Positions 59,561 to 64,000 of a DNA stretch of 64,000 nucleotides are shown here, piece after piece. Within the stretch, counting starts at the first letter, position 1; every line of letters begins with the position of its first letter. The notes beneath the pieces are model-generated. The model made no database searches. It was not told the DNA's origin and worked only from the letters and a program-made list of their open reading frames with translations. Source of the DNA: Epithemia pelagica (taxonomy: Eukaryota > Protista > Bacillariophyta); the NCBI GenBank assembly GCA_946965045.2, contig OX337232.1, forward strand, positions 248,001-312,000. The letters are read 5' to 3'. Position numbers and translations under genes: made by a program.

Positions 59561-59786
59561 GCTGCCTTCGGGTCCTGTCGCTATCAATACGTTTGTGAAC
59601 AATCACCGGAAAGCGCGATTTTCATGGAAAAAGGCTATCCAATTCAGGTTGACTATAGTTATGCCTGAAAATGTTAATTGAAGTGACACTATCCATATAG
59701 TAGAGCCTTCACTGAGAGGAGTAGGCCATAGACTTTGATGGAGGTCCTTCCTAGTTATCTCTGTCCAAGTCATTCGTTCTGATTCG

Positions 59787-60263
59787 CTACTCTTTCCCGC
59801 GAATCTTGTTCGACAAAAAAGGAAGGACTGCCGTCAAAATTATGTAGGCTTCCTTACATTTTGCATGTCGTTCCTTTGTCGTTTTCCATCCCTCCAGTTC
59901 CCAAAGTTTCCACGCCAGAAAGGTGTTGTACTCCTCATCCGGAGGCCCATTCGAGATGCAAACAAACTTCCAAATGGCCAGTTCCAACAAGGACAGATGC
60001 TCCATCACCTTGTAGACATCCAGCAATTTTTTGGCCCGTTCCAACAAGGACGCATCATCTTCCATAATGGCGCGTCCCAACAAGGCTGTCACTCGATCGC
60101 GACGAGCAGGGCAGTGGATGTACCGTTTGGTCGACTCATTAAAATATCGACACTGCTGCATTGAAGGCAAAGGCGAGACTGACTCGGCTAAGGGATTGAG
60201 AAGGTCCTGCCAATGTACGTTTTGCTGGCGATCAAGCCTTCTTCGTCGTGGTCGAAACGACAT
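59787..60263 (-). CDS. 'SLLELAVWK' family copy 10 (subfamily B, no finger)
   Basis: RDRVTALLGRAIME...MEHLSLLELAIWKFVC...WKLWELEGWKTTKERHAKCKEAYIILTAVLPFL. Confidence 0.75.
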   Translation of the reverse strand: MSFRPRRRRLDRQQNVHWQDLLNPLAESVSPLPSMQQCRYFNESTKRYIHCPARRDRVTALLGRAIMEDDASLLERAKKLLDVYKVMEHLSLLELAIWKFVCISNGPPDEEYNTFLAWKLWELEGWKTTKERHAKCKEAYIILTAVLPFLSNKIRGKE

Positions 60264-60602
60264 GACGCAAACAACAACACAAAAAATATAATAAAACTAC
60301 CTCTAGAAAACTACTCGAAAAACTGGCGGAGAGGGCTGGACGGGAAGATCTCTGAGAGGGTCTGACCGCCAGCCAATGTCCCCGTGGGAAAACTATCCTC
60401 CCACGGTTCCTCTATCATAACCAAGTGGGAATCTATGACTCTTATGATCTAGGTCGAGTCATGGATGAACGGACCAGACAAGGAAAGAATCAATAAGCTC
60501 TATTAGAATAAAAGCAAAGACAGAGAAACGACATTCTTTGTCATTAGAAGTCGTGAAGTTACCTATGATGTCGTGTGATGTCGTATTTGCCGGGAGTCCC
60601 TG

Positions 60603-61496
60603 TTATTTTGGACCATCGAACAGTGAGGTCAAAAAGATCCGCACTTCATCGGTATCAACGGAAGCTATCTTTTCATGAATCTCCTGCTTTGAGAGAGCGT
60701 TTCTTTCAGATGCCTGAGGAATAGTTCGGAACATCTCCAGTAGCGTTACAGCGAAAAGGTACATATCTATCTCCTCTTTTGCCTCGAAGTCACCATCTGT
60801 AGGATAGTACTTCATCGTGCGTTCTCGAATTGGACCACCCGTTTTGACGGCCGCTCCGTAGGCTCCCAAATAGCAGTCGCGCTGAGAAAGAAAAATGTTT
60901 GATGGCTTAACATCCAAATGACAAAATCCGGACGCATGTAGTGTAGACAATGCCTTGTGCAGCTGCTTGCCATAACGAAGCAATACTTTTGCTGACAATG
61001 GGATCTTGCACTGTAACAATGTCGTTGGATAAGCAAAACCCTTCCGCTGCCATTGCATCCCGTTCCCCGAGGTTTTTGATAATTAACCATTCCACCAGTT
61101 CCTCCTCAGTCGTAAACTTCATGGTCTCATCACTCATCGGGTATGAATTTTCGGCAATTTGACGGGGGTTGACCCTCCTTGTGCCACTTACCGGTTGTTG
61201 TTGTTTGGGCAGCGTCAAAACAAGAGCACTGTCTTCGCTGTGTCCCGGTAGATCTCTCTCCCTCCTTCTTTAGCAGTCACAAAGTAGGGAGACAACGAAG
61301 CACCTGCTCTCAGCTTGTCTTTGACACCGCTTTCCACTTTGAACACTTCCACTCTGGCGGCATCGATTTCGAGTAGACGATCCCGAACAAATTGCTTTCT
61401 CAGATCGTCAACAATAGCGCCGTTGTCGAGGTAAACTCTGGTGCTTAGATGTTCCCCTTTGAAGATCTCACATGTTACCCAAACGTTGTTGCTCAT
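60603..61496 (-). pseudogene. Crinkler-like gene relic: N-terminal ubiquitin-like header, SAM-like segment, truncated protein kinase
   Basis: AIVDDLRKQF..VEVFKV..KLRAG header; after a frameshift LPGHSEDSALVLTLP and FTTEEELVEWL; then a kinase C-lobe with ALSTLHASGFCHLDVKPSNIF and LGAYG in place of D(F/Y)G; N-lobe absent. Confidence 0.7.
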
Positions 61497-61702
61497 GGTG
61501 CGGTGCTGCTCTGAGTGTTAATGTCTTCGACACGAAAAACTGAATGAACAGTTGTGAGGGTGAGGGTGGACTGGCCTTTGCCGCAAAACCTGGCTTTTTC
61601 GTGGCGACTCCCACGTGCGTTGAGTTCGTTCCGTGGTTCTAATCGAAAGAGGTGCTTTCAGCTGTTTGGGCACAAGGACCCATCACTTTTCTCAAGGGCC
61701 AC

Positions 61703-62560
61703 TCACAGCAAGCTTCTATCATCTCTGGGCGACGAGGACACGGGGGACAGTTGTGATGATGATACGGATGATTCTGGGTTGGACTTGCTGCTGAACAACC
61801 CGAGTTTGGCTCCGATTTCCGTGGCTCGAATTTCCAGCCTATACTACAAAAACGATAAGGTCAGCTTCAGATTCATTAAACTAGCAACCTCGGTGAACCT
61901 ACCGCGCCTGCAATGTATCGTTCGTTTTAACTTCCCCGGATGGTGTTTCTCGAGCCATTTTCCTTTGCTTTCAGTCGTCGCTGCTTTGGAGTATGTTCAT
62001 TACATTTGACTTTGTGCCGTTCCCCCATACAGTAGACGTACATTGTCCGACAGAAATGGCAGGACTGCCGTGATAATGATTGGCGCTTCCTTGCAGTGCC
62101 AATGCCGTTTCTTGTTGACTTTCCAACCTTCGGATTCCCACAGTTTCCAGGCCACCAAGGTTTTGAGCGACATGTCCGGAGGAATGTCGGAAACACAAAC
62201 AAACTTCCACACGGCCAATTCCAACAAACACATTTGTTCAAGGATCTTGTACGCTTCGAGGAATTTCTTGGCACGCCTCAACAATGACTGGTCTCGTTCG
62301 AGAATGGCTCGTCCCAACAACGCTGTAGCTCGATCACGGTGAATGTGATAGACGATATAACGCTTGATGGATTCATTGATCTCTCGACCTTCGTCCAGCA
62401 TGCTTTCGCTTCTAGGAGATCCCCAGTTGGACTCTACTGCCACGGCGTGTCTCACACGCGACCGGTCACGACCCCCCTCAAAACGTCTACGTGCTCGACC
62501 AACAGTCTCAGCAGCAGCCGCCGCATCCGCATCGTCCCGAATCACTACCACATTGTCCAT
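61703..62560 (-). CDS. 'SLLELAVWK' family copy 11 (subfamily B); exons 62560-62042 and 61843-61703
   Basis: MCLLELAVWKFVC, GWKVNKKRHWHCKEAPIIITAVLPFL. GTACGT donor, GCTGAC branch point, TTTTGTAG acceptor, in-frame second exon. Confidence 0.72.
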
Positions 62561-63189
62561 TTTGCTTCAACAGAATCCCAAACAACAACAGCTCTTGTTA
62601 TGCGTAACCGCAGAGGATACAAAAGCTGATAGAAAAGATCTCAAATACCGCGACCGAAAAGATTCAGAGTACCTTTTTTGCTAGGCGCATATGCACTATG
62701 CACGTAAAGTGCTCTTGAGACTTACCTCATTTTAGGAAACGCAAGCGTCCTAGTATGATCCTTCCAGTTTTTTAGCAGAACTGTATGGTCTGACGAATAA
62801 ATGTCGTAATCGGAATGGAGCTCCAGATGTTGTCGCGATTGGATCTACCGCCACGACTTGTGGTTCGAGAGTGGTAGCAGTCGTCGTATTTGGGTGGTGT
62901 TGCCGCCCGCCCCAACTATATAATAGGAGTAGGTACTGGGGCAACCGACGATTGCGTCGTAGCAAGGCAACAATCTCCAAAGGAATGGGAAATGATGATG
63001 AACGTACAGGATCAAGGTCACAAATCGATCGACATGCTTCCCCTTCATCTCCACCCAAGGCGTTCCTAACGACTCCCTTCACTCACATCGCATCCCATTC
63101 TAATAATTCTTGCGAATCTTGTCGGTCAGAAAAGGGAAGGACTACTGTCATAATAGTCTAGGCTTCCTCGCATTACACCCGTTCCCATA

Positions 63190-63330
63190 TCAAGGAGGTC
63201 TGGCGCTCCGCGTCGTCGAAAGGCCCATTCGAGATACAAACAAGTCTCTCCATGTCTGTATAACATGCCGTTCCATGTTTTGACCCGGCTCAACACAAAA
63301 GGACCCAAACAAACGGCCATATGGTGCCCG
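63190..63330 (-). pseudogene. Small remnant of subfamily B (copy 12) lacking the central motif
   Basis: MERL-VCISNGPFDD vs copy 10 MEHL-SLLELAIWKF-VCISNGPPDE; DNA block ggcccattcgagat.caaacaa shared with 59945-59966. Confidence 0.5.
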
Positions 63331-63342
63331 ACATGGAACACA

Positions 63343-64000
63343 CTATCTGCCATTACAAGAACACCAAGACAAAACGGAACATTCTGCCTCAAAGAATAGC
63401 TGTGGTGTACGGATACAGTCGTGATTCGTGATGGATGATTCTGTATTGGATTGCTCAACAACCCGAGTTTGGCTCGTAAGTCTGGCTCGTATTCCCAACC
63501 AATGCTACAAAAAAGAAAGAGTTAGCTTCAGATTCCTTAGATATGAGAGTGTGAGTTAGCAACCTTTGTTGAACATACCACGCCTGTCATGAATGGTTCG
63601 TTTTAGCCTCCCCAAATGGTTTCTCTCTAACCATTTTCCTTTGCTTTCGTTCATAAACTTGGAACGTCCGCACTTTATACCGTCTCCAGATACTGTATAC
63701 GTACCTTGTCGGACAGAAAGGGAAGGACTGCCGTGATAATGATCGGAGTTTCCTTGCAATGGACGTGTCGTTCCTTGTTCACTTTCCAACCTTCCGATTC
63801 CCACAGTTTCCAGGCCACCAAGGTTTTGAGCGACATGTCGGGAGGAATGTCGGAAACGGCCAATTGCAGCAAGCACACTTGTTCGAGGGTCTTGTATGCT
63901 TCGAGCAATCTCTTGGCACGTCTCAACAACGAGTTTTCTCCTTCGAGGATGGCTCGTCCCAGCAACGCCGTTGTTTTGTCACGATGAATGGGATAGACGA
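63343..64000 (-). pseudogene. 'SLLELAVWK' family copy 13 (5'-partial), tandem duplicate of copy 11 with an 18-nt in-frame deletion of WKFVCV; exons >64000-63705 and 63504-63343
   Basis: LLQLAV-SDIPPDM vs LLELAVWKFVCVSDIPPDM; same intron position; intron and exon 2 align with 61750-62040. Confidence 0.72.

Overview
Eukaryotic nuclear DNA, most likely from a pennate diatom. This is inferred from short GT-AG introns, bipartite plastid-targeting peptides, a diatom-type 5S rRNA, an RXL-motif Lys/Gly-rich secreted protein and an Ambal-like retroelement. Housekeeping genes (ammonium transporter, PP2C, mitochondrial dihydrolipoyl dehydrogenase, DUF1350, DUF2237, CAP_C+TPR protein) are interleaved with a fast-evolving accessory landscape. 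(1) An unnamed small-protein family with a shared 'GRA..E...LERISLLELAVWKF.C...W..W...GWK..K..H.RCN.V.I.M..I.PF' core has about 13 copies or remnants, five with a U1/matrin-type zinc finger; roughly half are disrupted. (2) There are two Crinkler-type conflict-gene relics: an NTPase+REase-like gene and a Ubl-SAM-like-kinase gene. (3) Three 5S rRNA genes sit in a rearranged duplication unit shared with that family. (4) A very recent 5'-truncated RNase H-bearing non-LTR retrotransposon has a perfect 16-bp target-site duplication. Its structured 3' tail has a covarying homologue 46 kb away, next to a 40-bp satellite. (5) Several segmental duplications are present. All domain calls come from motif recognition by eye, with no database searches. 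Single-base frameshifts may be assembly errors.
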